NCBI GenBank assembly: GCA_950097015.1
Contig: CATNEN010000034.1
Location: forward strand, 1,550,001-1,614,000
Source of the DNA: Macrostomum hystrix
Lineage: Eukaryota; Animalia; Platyhelminthes
DNA: 64,000 nt
Reading direction: 5' to 3'
The position numbers and the translations under genes were made by a program. The first letter of the stretch is position 1; each line of letters starts with the position of its first letter. Below are positions 1 through 13,308 of the stretch, piece by piece. A model generated the notes under the pieces. It was not told the DNA's origin, did not search any database, and worked only from the letters and a program-made list of their open reading frames with translations.

Positions 1-3000
1 GACGAAGCTCGCACACGACGCCAGCCACAGTCAGCAGTCGCTCGCTGTCTGTACTAGCTCCGTTCTCCAATAGAGGCCGGTAGGCAACCGTGTAGTCGAC
101 AATATCGGCGACGCCAGACGGCGGTTGCCAGGCAACGCGAACGACGCCGCCACGCGCCCATGCGGACAGACCGGAGGGTGACAACAGGCGGCCACCCAGC
201 CTGATGCTGACTGTCGAGAAATTCAAAACAGCCGGCCTAGAAGCCCGACCATTCAAGCCAATGATCAAGGCGGACAGGCGATAGGCCACGCCGGGACGAA
301 TGGAGAAATCGAAGAATTCAGCGTCGCAACTCGCCGTGGAAGCGGAGCCGCTAGCGTCATTGACGACTGCCGCAGCCTGCAGCAGCAGCCTGGAGATTAG
401 AAGATAAACAAAATTTGAAGCTCTTTAAGATGATTTCATTAAATGATTAGCCAATAATTTGGTTGGGAACTTATCTGAAGTTTCAGGTGAACTTTAATGA
501 CATTTCTAGTTGGGAATTCAAGAGAAAAAAATGCAATCGGCCTGTTGCTGACCCTTTCATTTTCGCCCAGCCTACCATTTCTATTCCTCCATTACACTTC
601 CTGCTGCTTGGCTATCACTTCGGCAGTCTTGCGGAGCCTCCATTTCCATACCAACAAATAAGTTGGCTAAAATTTGACCCAAGGGGACAACCCGACGCCA
701 ATCTGGCTGGGAATTTTATCCCGCCCTACCCCATTGCCTTAGCAGGTCCCCGGCGCTTCTCGTCCAAGACCCGGTCCCTGTCCCGCAGAGCGCACACTCA
801 AAATAATGCTGCCTATGCCACTAGAAAAATGCCCAATCCTGTTGGGCTGGGATTGGGGCGCACTTCATCATATGCTACTCTATTATAATAGCGCCGAAGC
901 CAAGGCGTAGGCAAATCTAGGGAAATCGGAGAGCAAAGAAAATTAGACTCTAGGGGCGCCCCGTTCGAGGCCACAGCCTGTCTACACTCCAAAGCAGCGA
1001 ATTTGGGAGGCCGGCAATATCAATTTCTTCCTCTAGGGGATTTGGCGACATCTGTCCAGCGCCGAGCAGGGATTCGATGAAATAGATATTTTCAGAGAGT
1101 GCAGCGGCTCCGGGCAGGCCCTATGGTGACGGGTCAGTTAAGGGCAACAAAAGAACGAAGGAAAAAAGCAGAAGAGAAAGAATAACAGAAACAGACCAGT
1201 TGGTTTATGCAGATAGCGAATGGCGAATGGCGAATGATAGGATCGACTACGATAATATGCCAAAACTAATTTGTGCAGAAAATTTACTCGAATATCGGAT
1301 TATCGGCTAGGGATTATAGAGCTATCCTCATTGATTGGCTACAGCAAGGCATCGATGCGAGACGAATAGAAATCGATCAATTGATTTCCCCCCAGTAGCC
1401 TTTCAAAGGCCAATTGTAGATCCCACAAAACAGAGATGAGTGCAATGAAGCAGAGCTGGCTTACTCGATCCTGGAGCAGCTGGCAGTCGCCAGCCGGTCC
1501 CAGATGATGCGGACCGTCCAGGCCGTCAGAGAGGCGACACGCAGGTTGGCTAGTTGGACAGGCAACAATGAGTCTGAAAATAATCACGCTGCAATAGTCT
1601 GCTCTGACAAGAAGAAATAATAAAACTGCGATTGTCGAACGCAAATTAATCTTCTAGGAATAAGCACAGCCGACAAGTCACTTCCGCCCTTCAAATTTGG
1701 TTTTATGATCTAGAATGGCTAGCATAGCGTCGCAATGAATTATTGATTTTCAAATTTCAGTGCCACTCAGTCAGGCCTCAGATTTGTCCAACAATGGGAT
1801 CAACAGAGAGGAAATTCGGGAATAGAGGCTTAGGCAAATATTAGTTGCGTAGCTTCAAGGCATTCCAGGAACTAGGCAATTTCAGATGAAGATGGGATCG
1901 CAAAGGTACCCTAATGGGATCTTAAGGTATTCTTGATGGGATCTTAAGTGAGTGTTAATGGGATCTTAGGACAGTCTTGGTGGGACTTCTAGGTTCTTAA
2001 GGAGATCTTAAGGTATTCTTGATGGGATCTTAAGTGAGTGTTAATGAGATCTTAAGGCAGTCTCGATGGGATCTTAATACCGATTTGATTGGATCCTAAT
2101 ACAGTCTTGATGGGATCTTAGACAGTATTGTTGGGATCTTAAGACAGTCTCGATGGGATCTTCAGAAATTCTTGATGGGATCTTAAGACAGTTTTGATGG
2201 GATCGCAAGATTGCCTTAATGGGATCTTAAGTGAGTGTTAATGGGATTTTAAGTAAGTGTTTATGGGATCTAAAGAGTCTTGCTTGATGGGATCTAAAGA
2301 GTCTTGATGGGATCTAAAGAGTCTTGATGGGATCTAAAGAGTCTTGATGGGATCTAAAGAGTCTTGATGGGATCTAAAGAGTCTTGATGGGATCTAAAGA
2401 GTCTTGATGGGATCTAAAGAGTCTTGATGGGATCTAAAGAGTCTTGATGGGATCTAAAGAGTCTTGATGGGATCTAAAGAGTCTTGATGGGATCTAAAGA
2501 GTCTTGATGGGATCTAAAGAGTCTTGATGGGATCTAAAGAGTCTTGATGGGATCTTAAGACAGTCTTGATGGGATGTAAAGACAGTCTTGATGGGATCTA
2601 AAGGTTCTTGATGGGATTTTAAGACAGTTTTGATGGGATCTTAAGACAGTTTTGATGGGATCTTAGACAGTATTGATGGGATCTTAAGACTGTTTTGATG
2701 GGATCTAAAGGTTCTTGATGGGATTTTAAGACAGTTTTGATGGGATCTTAGACAGTATTGTTGGGATCTTAAGACAGTCTCGATGGGATCTTAAGGTTCT
2801 TGATGGGATCTTAAGACATTGATGAGATCTTAAGACAGTATTGCTGGGAATATTTCTTGAGAGTCCCCAAGGGACTGAAGAGCATCTGTCGAAATTGGCA
2901 CACAAAAAATATAACAATACTGATCAACTTACCAGCCTCAGCAACACCGCGCCGCAGTCGATTTTGAACATCTCCATAGCCGTCGCGGTAGCTTTCTCCA

Positions 3001-6000
3001 ATAGACCTGGCAACAGATTCAATTATTGAAATGGCTCTCGTAGCTATGGCAGCAGTAGAAATGAGCAGAAATAAAGTGGTATTAGCAGCCAGCAGTCGCA
3101 TTGCAGAGAGAAAGCAGGTCTATAATAATATTTTAGTGTCAAGTCCTTGGCATGATCTGGATCATGATGATGCAAGCCTTGAAATTGCGTCCGCAGTGTC
3201 AGCCAGTCGCCTAACTTGGCGGGATAAATATAAGGCTTACGGGGATAATGAGGATAGGAAAAGAGGCTCAGGAGGGTAAGAGAATTGCCTCTCACTTTCG
3301 TCCTAGCCGGAAACCCTCCTTCAAACTGAAGCCTTACTTGGGGCTAAGTTCAAAAGCCAGTGTGTGAGGCATTCCCCAGCCAAATCTTCCCCTTTCCTTC
3401 CCCTTAATGACGATGGGGGTTCGGTAGTGTTATTTTAAGGCCCAGAAACCAATGGCTGCGGGTTCGCGCACGCGTGAGGCGTACGCCAAGCGTTGGCGAT
3501 CGCAATTGGCTGCTGCATACGCCATGTTCTATCCATATGCGTCATCTCACAGCTGTTAATGCTGCAGTAGGTGCTCTGTCTAGTTTATTTAGGCCTTGGA
3601 TAGGCATAAAACAATCCATTCTTATACTCTTGTATTCCTGTACATTCAACTGTAGGCTTAACGCTTTAATTACATTTTACAAGTGAAATAAAAACGGTTT
3701 GTAATAAAGCGTGCTATTGCCGATCGGCTCTCCGCAGTTTCTTGACGGACGCATAAAATTTGCCTTCATAATGCCTATCCGTCCATCTATCCCTTCATAA
3801 TGTGTCACTCGCTACCCTCTATGAATTGCCACTCGTTACCTGTTTCACTGTCACTCCCTTCATTCTCCGATATGTCACTCCCTTCACTCCCTGATCTGTC
3901 ATTCCCTTCATTCTCCGATATGTCACTCCCTCCACTCTCTGATCTGTCACTCCCTTCCCTCTTTGATCTGTCACTCCCTTCACTCTCCGATATGTCACTC
4001 CCTTCACTCTCTGATCTGTCACTGCCTTCCCTCTTTGATCTGTCACTCCCTTCCCTCTTTGATCTGTCACTCCCTTCTCTCTCTGATCTGTCACTCCCTT
4101 CTCTCTCTGATCTGTCACTCCCTTCCCTCTTTGATCTGTCACTCCCTTCTCTCTCTGATCTGTCACGGCCTTCCCTCTTTGATCTGTCACTCCCTTCACT
4201 CTCCGATATGTCACTCCCTTCACTCTCTGATCTGTCACTCCCTTCCCTCTTTGATCTGTCACTCCCTTCACTCTTTGATCTGTCACTCCCTTCTCTCTCT
4301 GATCTGTCACTCCCTTCCCTCTTTGATCTGTCACTCCCTTCACTCTCTGATCTGTCACTCCCTTCTCTCTCTGATCTGTCACGGCCTTCCCTCTTTGATC
4401 TGTCACTCCCTTCACTCTCTGATCTGTCACTCCCTTCACTCTCTGATCTGTCACTCCCTTCCCTCTTTGATCTGTCACTCCCTTCACTCTCTGATCTGTC
4501 ACTCCCTTCTCTCTCTGATCTGTCACTCCCTTCACTCTCTGATCTGTCACTCCCTTCTCTCTCTGATCTGTCACGGCCTTCCCTCTTTGATCTGTCACTG
4601 CCTTCCCTCTCTGATCTGTCACTGCCTTCCCTCTCTGATCTGTCACTCCCTTCCCTCTCCGACCTGTCCTTTCTTCATCAGATTGTTGCTCACCATGTCA
4701 CTCACCCGTCTCTGTTTGTTGCAGAAGCCAGGCCGCTGAGTTCATCGGCAGTCACCGCTTCAGACCAAACAGTCAAGCATGGCCGTACTCCAGTGCTGTT
4801 ATTGTTATCGTCTGATTTGAACAGGGGAATGTAGATTTAAGTTAGAACACTTTCACAATTCTATAAGGTAACGATAAAAACAAACTTAAATTTAACTTCT
4901 GATTCAAATTTAGTTTTGCCCCGACAAAAAGCAACTAAGCAAGAAACTTTTTACACCGACAATCACAGAACAGCAAATTTTCCTTATCATTTGTCACTCT
5001 CTGTCACTGTCAACGCAGGGAAAACAGTTTTTTTGACGGATACCACGTGAGAAACTTTGCTTCCTTTGGCAAGTAGCAAAAACAGAAAAAAAACACTTTT
5101 TTTGACACCGATTCCGTCAGGCTTGCCCGAAAAGTAAAGGAAAAAACCTAGTCTAAAACAGCTGCTAGTCTAGTCTAAACCTAGTCTACAAAGATTTCTC
5201 GACTCTGAAACTGCTGATAGTAGAATTCTAGAAAGGTGACACAAAATTAACTTCAATGTGACACTATTGATTGATAGTATACCACAAAAAATATTAGTAC
5301 TCACGCTTAAGCATTAACATTCAATAGCCATGGAAATATTTTTCTTAAACAGGACTTCCAAAAATTCTTCACAAGCGCGACAAATTATTGTCAGAACTGA
5401 AATGAACTGACATTATTGTCAGAACTAACTGAGCTGACATTATTGTTAGAACTAACTGAACTGACATTCTTGTCAGAACTGAACTGAACTGACATTCTTG
5501 TCAGAACTGAACTGAACTGACATTATTGTCAGAACTAACTGAACTGACATTATTGTCAGAACTGAACTGAACTGACATTCTTGTCAGAACTAACTGAACT
5601 GACATTATTGTCAGAACTAACTGAACTGACATTCTTGTCAGAACTAACTGAACTGACATTATTGTCAGAACTAACTGAACTGACATTCTTGTCAGAACTT
5701 AAACTCTTGTCAGAACTGAATTGAGATTCTTTTCAGAATTTTTCGTGTTCTTTTAGAAAAGCAAATAGCGCTGCAAGCACAGAAGCATAGCAATGTTCCC
5801 TTTTAGAAGTGATTACACCAATAGAGCACCAAGAGAACAAAGCGAATTTAGCCGCTCTAGCTTGCAGCAAAACAATTACAGTTGGGTACATATGCTAAAA
5901 AAGTGCAATACAAGATCTTTAGTGTATGTCTTAAAAGACTTCATTTTTAATAATTTGCCTGCTTTACTAGCGGAATTTCAGCCTAACTGCACGCATTTGA

Positions 6001-9000
6001 ATCCCAACCAAAAGCAATACAAAGAGTTAGGTACGTTTGCTTTCTACGAACACTACAATAGTATCAAGGTAGACTTCCTGGCGCCTAACACCCAGGATTA
6101 GTGTGTGCGTGTGTTCCCGCTTTGGATAACCCAGGAATGTTCCTCTTTAAAATTTGTTTGCCAAAAATTGTCGAAAGGAATAAAGGTAAGCGAGTTACCA
6201 GGTGAATACCTCAGGTAAGTGAGTTTTCATGTAGGTGAAAGCCTCAGGTAAGTGAATATTCAGGTAGGTAAAAGCCTCAGGTAAGTGAATTTTCAGGTAG
6301 GCAAGAGCTTCAGGTAAGTGAATTTATAGGCAGGTGTAAGCCTCAGGTAAGTGAATTTTCAGGTAGGTCAAAGCTTCAGGTAAGTGAATTTTCCGGCAGG
6401 GAAAAGCTTTAGGTAAGTGAATTTTCAGGCAGGGAAAAGCTTCAGGTAAATGAATTTTCAGGTAGATCAAAGCTTCAGGTAAGTGAATTTTCAGGCAGGG
6501 AAAAGCTTCAGGTAAGTGAATTTTCAGGCTAGGATCAAAGCTTCAGGTAAGTGAATTTTCAGGCTAGGATCAAAGCTTCAGGTAAGTGAATTTTCAGGCA
6601 GGGAAAAGCCTTCAGGTAAGTGAATCAGGCAGGGAAAAGCTTCAGGTAAGTGAATTTTCAGGCAGGGAAAAGCTTCAGGTAAGTGAATTTTTAGGTAGAT
6701 CAAAGCTTCAGGTAAGTGAATTTTCAGGCAGGGAAAAGCCTCAGGTAAGTGAATTTTCAGGTAGATCAAAGCTTCAGGTAAGTGAATTTTCAGGCAGGGA
6801 AAAGCCTCAGGTAAGTGAATTTTCAGGCAGGGAAAAGCTTCAGGTAAGTGAATTTTCAGGCAGGGAAAAGCTTCAGGTAAGTGAATTTTCAGGCAGGGAA
6901 AAGCTTCAGGTAAATGAATTTTTAGGTAGATCAAAGCTTCAGGTAAGTGAATTTTCAGGTAGATCAAAGCTTCAGGTAAGTGAATTTTCAGGCAGGGAAA
7001 AGCCTCAGGTAAGTGAATTTTCAGGCAGGGAAAAGCTTCAGGTAAGTGAATTTTCAGGCAGGGAAAAGCCTCAGGTAAGTGAATTTTCAGGTAGATCAAA
7101 GCTTCAGGTAAGTGAATTTTTTGGCAGGGAAAAGCTTCAGGTAAGTGAATTTTCAGGCAGGGAAAAGCTTCAGGTAAGTGAATTTTCAGGTAGCTCAAAG
7201 CTTCAGGTAAGTGAATCGTCTAAAAAATTTCTTCTTATTTTTACGCACCTTTACGACTTGGAATAATTATAATAGAAAACCAAAGACTTTATTGTAAAAA
7301 TTAAAATGTGATGAATATATAATTACAAGCAAGTCTTACTGAACGGTTCAATACACTCCAGCCTTCCAACGTAGCTATTAGAATCAGAGAACTCGTCCTC
7401 CAACACCAGCAGCTCCCATTCGGCGGCGGCAACGGACAACTGCTGATTGGTCTGGCCGTCCAGATGCCAGCAGGTGTACAGACCTGAGTCTGTAGCTACA
7501 GCCGAGTTAATGATGAACAATCCTGAATGTTGCACGGCTGTGTGCGCCCTGAAGTTGACGAATGATAGGCGATAACAAGCTGTTAGTGACTAAATTTAGT
7601 CACTACAATAGATTATACCAAGGCAATCAGGCACAATTCCAAATCCTTGACTGAATAAACCACTACATACCCTTCGTATATAAACCCTAAGCCAGTGGTA
7701 GATAAACCCTATACCACAAATACGCATTTGAGATGTTATATACTCTAACTAGATAAACAGTTGGTCCTTGGTAGCTAAAACCTATGTATATTAAAACTGG
7801 ACCTCTAGTAGATTAACCCTAGACCTCAGTAGGCTAACCCTAGACCTTAGTAGGTTAACCCCAGACCTCTAGTAGGTTAACCCTAGACCTTAGTAGGCTA
7901 ACCCTAGACCTTAGTAGACTAACCCTAGACCTTAGTAGGCTAACCCTAGACCTTAGTAGGCTAACCCTAGACCTTAGTAGGTTAACCCTAGACCTTAGTA
8001 GGCTAACCCTAGACCTTAGTAGGTTAACCCTAGACCTTAGTAGGCTAACCCTAGACTTTAGTAGGTCAATTAAAATAAAAAATGGAAGAAAATGCCCATT
8101 GAACCTTGAAAGGGAAACAGCGGTCGCAAAACATTTTTTGCACAAATCAATCAATCACTGCGGCTTTTCAAGTTAAATATATAAGCTGGCTAAATCTGGA
8201 TTCTGTAAAAGCAAGTAAATAGCTCCAAGTTAAGACAATTAATAAATTACTGCAGCTTAAGCATGATTGATAAGCCTAAAACCTACTTAGGCAATTGTTG
8301 GCTATTCAAGCGGCACAGAACTAATGCCCTAATGATAAAGCATAGACCGGCGCACACCGAAAGACAAACCCGATGCCGAAAGTTTGGTAAGTATAGAATA
8401 AAATAAACTGCTTGTCAGTGAATCGCTCAAATGAAAAATGAAAAGTATCGCTTGCCAAGCGGCATATACTACTTACACAACTTTGGTAGCTATAGTTGGG
8501 CGATACTGCTTGGCTTAAACACAAAATACAAAAAAGTTATTTCGTCAAAAACTAGGTGTAGTAAATAAAAAAACTAACAGTTAGCTTTAAATGATCTGAC
8601 TCTAAATAGTACTCTTAATGAGATTAATCGTCTACTCAATTCCTGCTCATTCTATTGGTGTCTACTCACATTCCTGCTCATTCGATTGGTGTCTACTCAC
8701 ATTCCTGCTCATTCTAATGGTGTCTACTCACATTCCTGCTCATTCTATTGGTGTCTTCTCACATTCCTGCTCATTCTATTGGTGTCTACTCACATTCCTG
8801 CTCATTCTATTGGTGTCTTCTCACATTCCTGCTCATTCTATTGGTGTCTACTCACATTCCTGCTCATTCTATTGGTGTCTTCTCACATTCCTGCTCATTC
8901 TATTGGTGTCTACTCACATTCCTGCTCATTTTATTGGTGTCTTCTCACATTTCTGCTCATTCTATTGGTGTCTTCTCACATTCCTGCTCATTCTATTGGT

Positions 9001-9958
9001 GTCTTCTCACATTCCTGCTCATTCTATTGGTGTCTTCTCACATTCCTGCTCATTCTATTGGTGTCTACTCACATTCCTGCTCATTATATTGGTGTCTACT
9101 CACATTCCTGCTCATTCTATTGGTGTCTACTCACATTTCTACTCATTCTATTGGTGTCTACTCACATTCCTGCTCATTTTATTGGTGTCTACTCACATTC
9201 CTGCTCATTTTATTGGTGTCTACTCACATTTCTACTCATTCTATTAATTATATTAGTTAATGGACGTAAAAGAACAATCAGTTTTAAACCAGGCAAGCCA
9301 CGGTCGTAAAAACGCCTCACCATTGGTCAATCAGCTGGCCGTTACGCATCCAATTCAGCCTCTGATTTGCTGGCAGATTTTGACTAGTTGCGCAAGGTAA
9401 GGTGACCTTGGAGCCAGACACAGTAATCACAAATCGACGCTTTGATTGCTTCACTCTGACACTGTTGGCTGCCTCCATAAGGCTGCCCTGTGGCCTCAGA
9501 TGATAGAGGCCGCCAAGTGGCGATTGGCCAGAAAGGGCCTTAGCTGACTGGCACCAATAATAGCCAGATTGGCTAGCTGGAGATACAAGCCGGATGGCTA
9601 GCAGAGCAGAATTCAAGCCGGTATTTGTATGCCGATGAATCTGACGACAAACACTGCTAGGAAATATATTCAGTGTGTTGCTAATTCCACTGCTAGAATT
9701 GCTGACAGGCAATGGCACAGCAGTAGAGTGCATCCACCTATATTCATAAAGATCAGCAATTCAAAGATATATATTAATATTAGTCACACTGTCTATATAT
9801 AGGTAGCTGGAAAAAACTCAATACTTACACAGCGCTTTTGGGGTCAGTCAATGGTAAGTTACATTGCAATAGAATTGTGGAATTCAGTGAAAGCTGTACA
9901 TGCTTGGCATGTCTATGCACACTAGGCAACTTATTGGTTGGAATGTCAGCAGCCGAAT
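1..9958 (-). CDS. Ig-superfamily / fibronectin type III cell-surface protein (partial; 2 Ig + at least 2 FN3 domains)
   Basis: Phase-consistent GT-AG exons: 9829-9958 (ILLQCNLP..AV), 9321-9737 (WMH..SGYYWC..VTLPC..LNWMRNG), 7340-7548 (GLFII..DSGLYTCW), 1465-1573 (LANLRVASLTAWTVRIIWD) and 1-389 (PSGLSAWARGGVVRVAWQPP..IVDYTVAYRP). Ig C-W-C and FN3 W/Y patterns are present. A candidate upstream exon at 11767-11871 is open and phase-compatible but unconfirmed. The start codon was not found and the gene continues past position 1. Confidence 0.85.
1885..2830. repeat. Minisatellite, 20-22 bp unit (core GATGGGATCTAAAGAGTCTT)
   Basis: Homogeneous core about 2285-2555 with degenerate flanks; intronic. 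Confidence 0.95.
3800..4665. repeat. Minisatellite, 24 bp unit (GATCTGTCACTCCCTTCACTCTCT)
   Basis: Direct tandem repeat; explains the SLPSLSDL and VTDQRGKG ORFs. Confidence 0.95.
5385..5730. repeat. Minisatellite, 27 bp unit (TTGTCAGAACTAACTGAACTGACATTA)
   Basis: Direct tandem repeat. Confidence 0.93.
6200..7215. repeat. Minisatellite, 33 bp unit (CAGGTAAGTGAATTTTCAGGCAGGGAAAAGCTT)
   Basis: About 30 copies; the + strand of each unit carries CAG|GTAAGT and TTTTCAG|G. Confidence 0.95.
7790..8065. repeat. Minisatellite, 21 bp unit (CTAGACCTTAGTAGGCTAACC)
   Basis: Direct tandem repeat. Confidence 0.92.
8630..9245. repeat. Minisatellite, 31 bp unit (CTCACATTCCTGCTCATTCTATTGGTGTCTA)
   Basis: Direct tandem repeat; produces the three staggered + ORFs. 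Confidence 0.95.
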
Positions 9959-10522
9959 CTAAAAGGTTGGACAGATATTTGACTTTTGCTGTTAAAAATA
10001 GCTAAGTATTTTTTACCTTTTTTAAATTAATGTTTTATTTCTTAACATGTATTGGGATCACAAATCTTTACTGATGTATATACTCTCTACTACAATGAGA
10101 AATGTAAAAAAAATTTGGGCATAGAAAATACATATGATTTTCATATAACAAATAAAATAGATGTGATTCATAAAGGAATAGTTTAATACAAGAAAATATA
10201 ATTGCTAGCTTGATAAATTTAATAGATACATGAATAATTTACATGGACAGATCATTTTTAACTGCCAGTATTCAGAACATTGCTGACTTGCTAGAAATGG
10301 CTAAAATTAAAAGTGCATGGACTTTTGGGACACCCCTTGTACTACAACCACATGATCCTCACTATAACTTTGCCTTTAGAACAGTGGCTTAGTGGCTATA
10401 GAGTATAGTGCCCTATAAATTTGATTAGAAAATTTTTTCTAAAGCATTGAAAATATTACTATGCACAATATCACAGTTGCAAGTTTAGCTGGAGCCACTA
10501 ATTTATATAGCCAGCTATTTTG

Positions 10523-11616
10523 GGTTCCTAGACACTTTGTTATCTGGTTTTTAATCATCTTAGATGTTTATAATAAACTTTTCAGATGAGACACTGTCAT
10601 CCAGCCAATTGGTGAATCTTAAAGTTAAAGTTAGCTTGGTTTGTCTCCTATCAATAGAAACTTAAGTGTTGACTTGATTTATAGTTGCCAATGCAAACAG
10701 TATATGGAAAACTGAGGGCAAACTATAAGTGTTCTAGTTCAAGCAATCACAAATAATTAAGTTCATTTATTTAAATAAAATAAATATATAAAATTTAAAT
10801 TCATACCATAAAAAGTGATTGCCATAGCATCATACTGTTAGTTGGTACACTTGTAGACAGACTGAGAAAATCTAAGTAATCTAATGAAATCTAATCTAAT
10901 GTAATGTAATAAATAACAAGAAAACTACTAGGATACTGGTTATTGAGATTAGCATAAAATATTTGAAGATAGCAACTAAACAACAATAGGCTTGCTGGGG
11001 CAATGTTCTACTTCCGTTCGTTATATTATTTTTTCGTTTGAATTTGTGCCACACATGCATTCTGAGTTTGAAAAAGTTGTGCTGACGTGGCTTTGCCATG
11101 ACTTGACACTTGGATCTATGTCTATGGCAAAATCTGGCAAATATGGGGGAACAGGAAGCTAAGGCACAAAAATTCTGCAGCTGAAGATTTTGCAAATGCC
11201 AAGCTGTATCAAATGCATGGCACAAGTGCTGCTCTATTCAAAAGCCACCTCGAAGAATTATTATGGCGCCATCTATACACCAAGAATAGCTTTGGTGCCC
11301 TCCACTACTGGATTAGGCACTTACTTGGTTTGAAAGAAGAAAGACTGACTAAGACTTTTCAGAACTGTCTGACCAAACTACTGACTTTTTGTTACGTTAA
11401 ACTTGTTTTTTGTCATTATCTGTTGTTTGCAAACAAAAAAAATAATATAACAAATGGAAGTAGAACATTGCCCTTGCTGGCATTGCCATTGGCTGGATTA
11501 AATCATATAGGTGACAAAGTTTCTACAAGTCTTGGTCACTGTCATCCACCCTCTTAGATCCTGGACACTTTGTCATCCAGATGACAAAAAAGCAGATGAC
11601 GAAGTATCCAGGAACC
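10523..11616. mobile_element. Non-autonomous DNA transposon (outer element, Merlin-like)
   Basis: Imperfect 24-bp TIRs GGTTCCTAGACACTTTGTTATCTG (10523-10546) and CAGATGACGAAGTATCCAGGAACC (11593-11616). Flanks CTATTTTG / CTATTTAA match at 6 of 8 positions as a TSD. Subterminal copies of the TIR motif lie near 10590 and 11535-11585. Confidence 0.65.
10999..11472 (+). mobile_element. 474-bp Merlin/IS1595(ISXO2)-type element with transposase C-terminal remnant
   Basis: About 40-bp TIRs starting GGCAATGTTCTACTTCC; perfect 8-bp TSD CTTGCTGG (10991-10998 and 11473-11480). The internal frame HGTSAALFKSHLEELLWRH resembles the C-terminal GTS..F..YL.EF.WR pattern of ISXO2/Merlin transposases. Confidence 0.78.
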
Positions 11617-13308
11617 CTATTTAATAGATTTTTATTAATTCTGTTATGGTTCTAATTGAAACTAGGCCTAAATGCCAAATCAAATCCACACATAAAAAGG
11701 GCTTCTGTAATGCCACTGTAATTTGAAAATAAATAGGTTAAAAATTAAGTTTAAAACTGTACTTACTTAAATGAGTTGCTCCAAAAATATTTTGGTCAGT
11801 AACAATTTTAGAAGAAGATAACCTGATTACGAGAGACGCTTCAAGAGAGCTTTCATGACAAAAAACAATTTCTGTTTTACTACAAGCATTGATGAAAAAA
11901 GTAGGTCAGTATGCTTTTGTACAGAAGACATAGTAGGCGTCTAAGGATCTTCATTTTGAGAATACTATCTGTACCTGTACACACTTATATATACAAGATA
12001 CGACTACGAGCATGCAACAACGTCACTACGAGTCAAATGCACAGTTGAGATAGATATATTAACTCAGTCTTGGGCTGATAATATAATGGTATATGGGACC
12101 CAAAATGTTGCAAAAATTATGGTGACAAAGAAAACCGAAAATTTAGCTACAATAGCCCATTTCAACACTAGCTTTCACTGTGTGAATGTGTGCATGCATG
12201 CCGCATGCCGTGTAACCCACAACATTAATTAAAATGCGACAAACTTAAAAATCAAAAAGTAAGCAGGCCTCAAAATCGAAGAAAGTTAAGAAGTTTAACG
12301 AATTTTGTAAACCTAAGAAATAAATTTGACTTTTGTGCCAATATTAATTGAATGTTTTTTTTAAATATCAATGAATATCTTTGCTGTTTGACTGAACCAT
12401 TTATATTACTTAGTATTGTATCACGCAAACATAATTATATCTCGACGTCCGATTCTTTAGTCCTTAAAGTCCTGGGCTTCAGCTCGAAAATTAAAGGCCA
12501 ATATCGGCCGCTGTATTTAACCGAAGGGCTCTTCACTTATAGCCCACAACAATGACTACGAACTTCTAGTTCTACTTTTTTCTGCATATTTTTTCACTTT
12601 AGAAGTTTTATATAAAGTCAGGTACCTTATAAAATGATTTCAATGATTTTTATATTTGCAAGATTTAAACGAAATTACTTGACAAAAAACTAAGTTATGG
12701 CAGCTCCATAAATTTGTACTGAAGTGAACTTTATTTTTATTGAATTCATGAATATGTTAGGTTTTGATGAACCTTCAATTAAGTAGCTATATATAATACA
12801 TAGTTCAAGTTGTACAGACATAATAGATAACTACTTATTGAGTTAGTGAGTTGTGCTACTCTAGCAAAGTTACGCGGGGATATGAGATAGGATTTTGCAT
12901 TTACAATTTGAATGGTAATGCAAAATGAGGATGCAAATTTCCTTATTTTTTCCAGTCAGCAGTGCTTTGCCGTCTACAAAAGCTGCACTTTTAATGTATG
13001 AAATTTTAATTCTTTTTCAATCTAGCATACATTAATGAGAGTCTATAGAATACAGAAAAGTAAACATATATATATTTTGAATCAAACTTTGACAAATGTT
13101 TATTACACATTTAAAGCAATGAAGGTTATAATCAAGGGGGCCTAGGCGAAAAAATATATTTGAATACAACAAAGTGTGAATAACAATCAGTGGCAGTGGG
13201 AGAAAAACGCGACAAAAAACTCCCCTCCCGATGGCCCGTGTCACAGTTCATGCCGACTTCGTAAGAGCACACGCCACACATGCAGCCTGTTCTCTATCTC
13301 TAATCGAT

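Noticed and set aside
7790-8065. Telomere-like TAACCCT motif
   Set aside because: Only a sub-motif of a 21-bp unit, not (TTAGGG)n.
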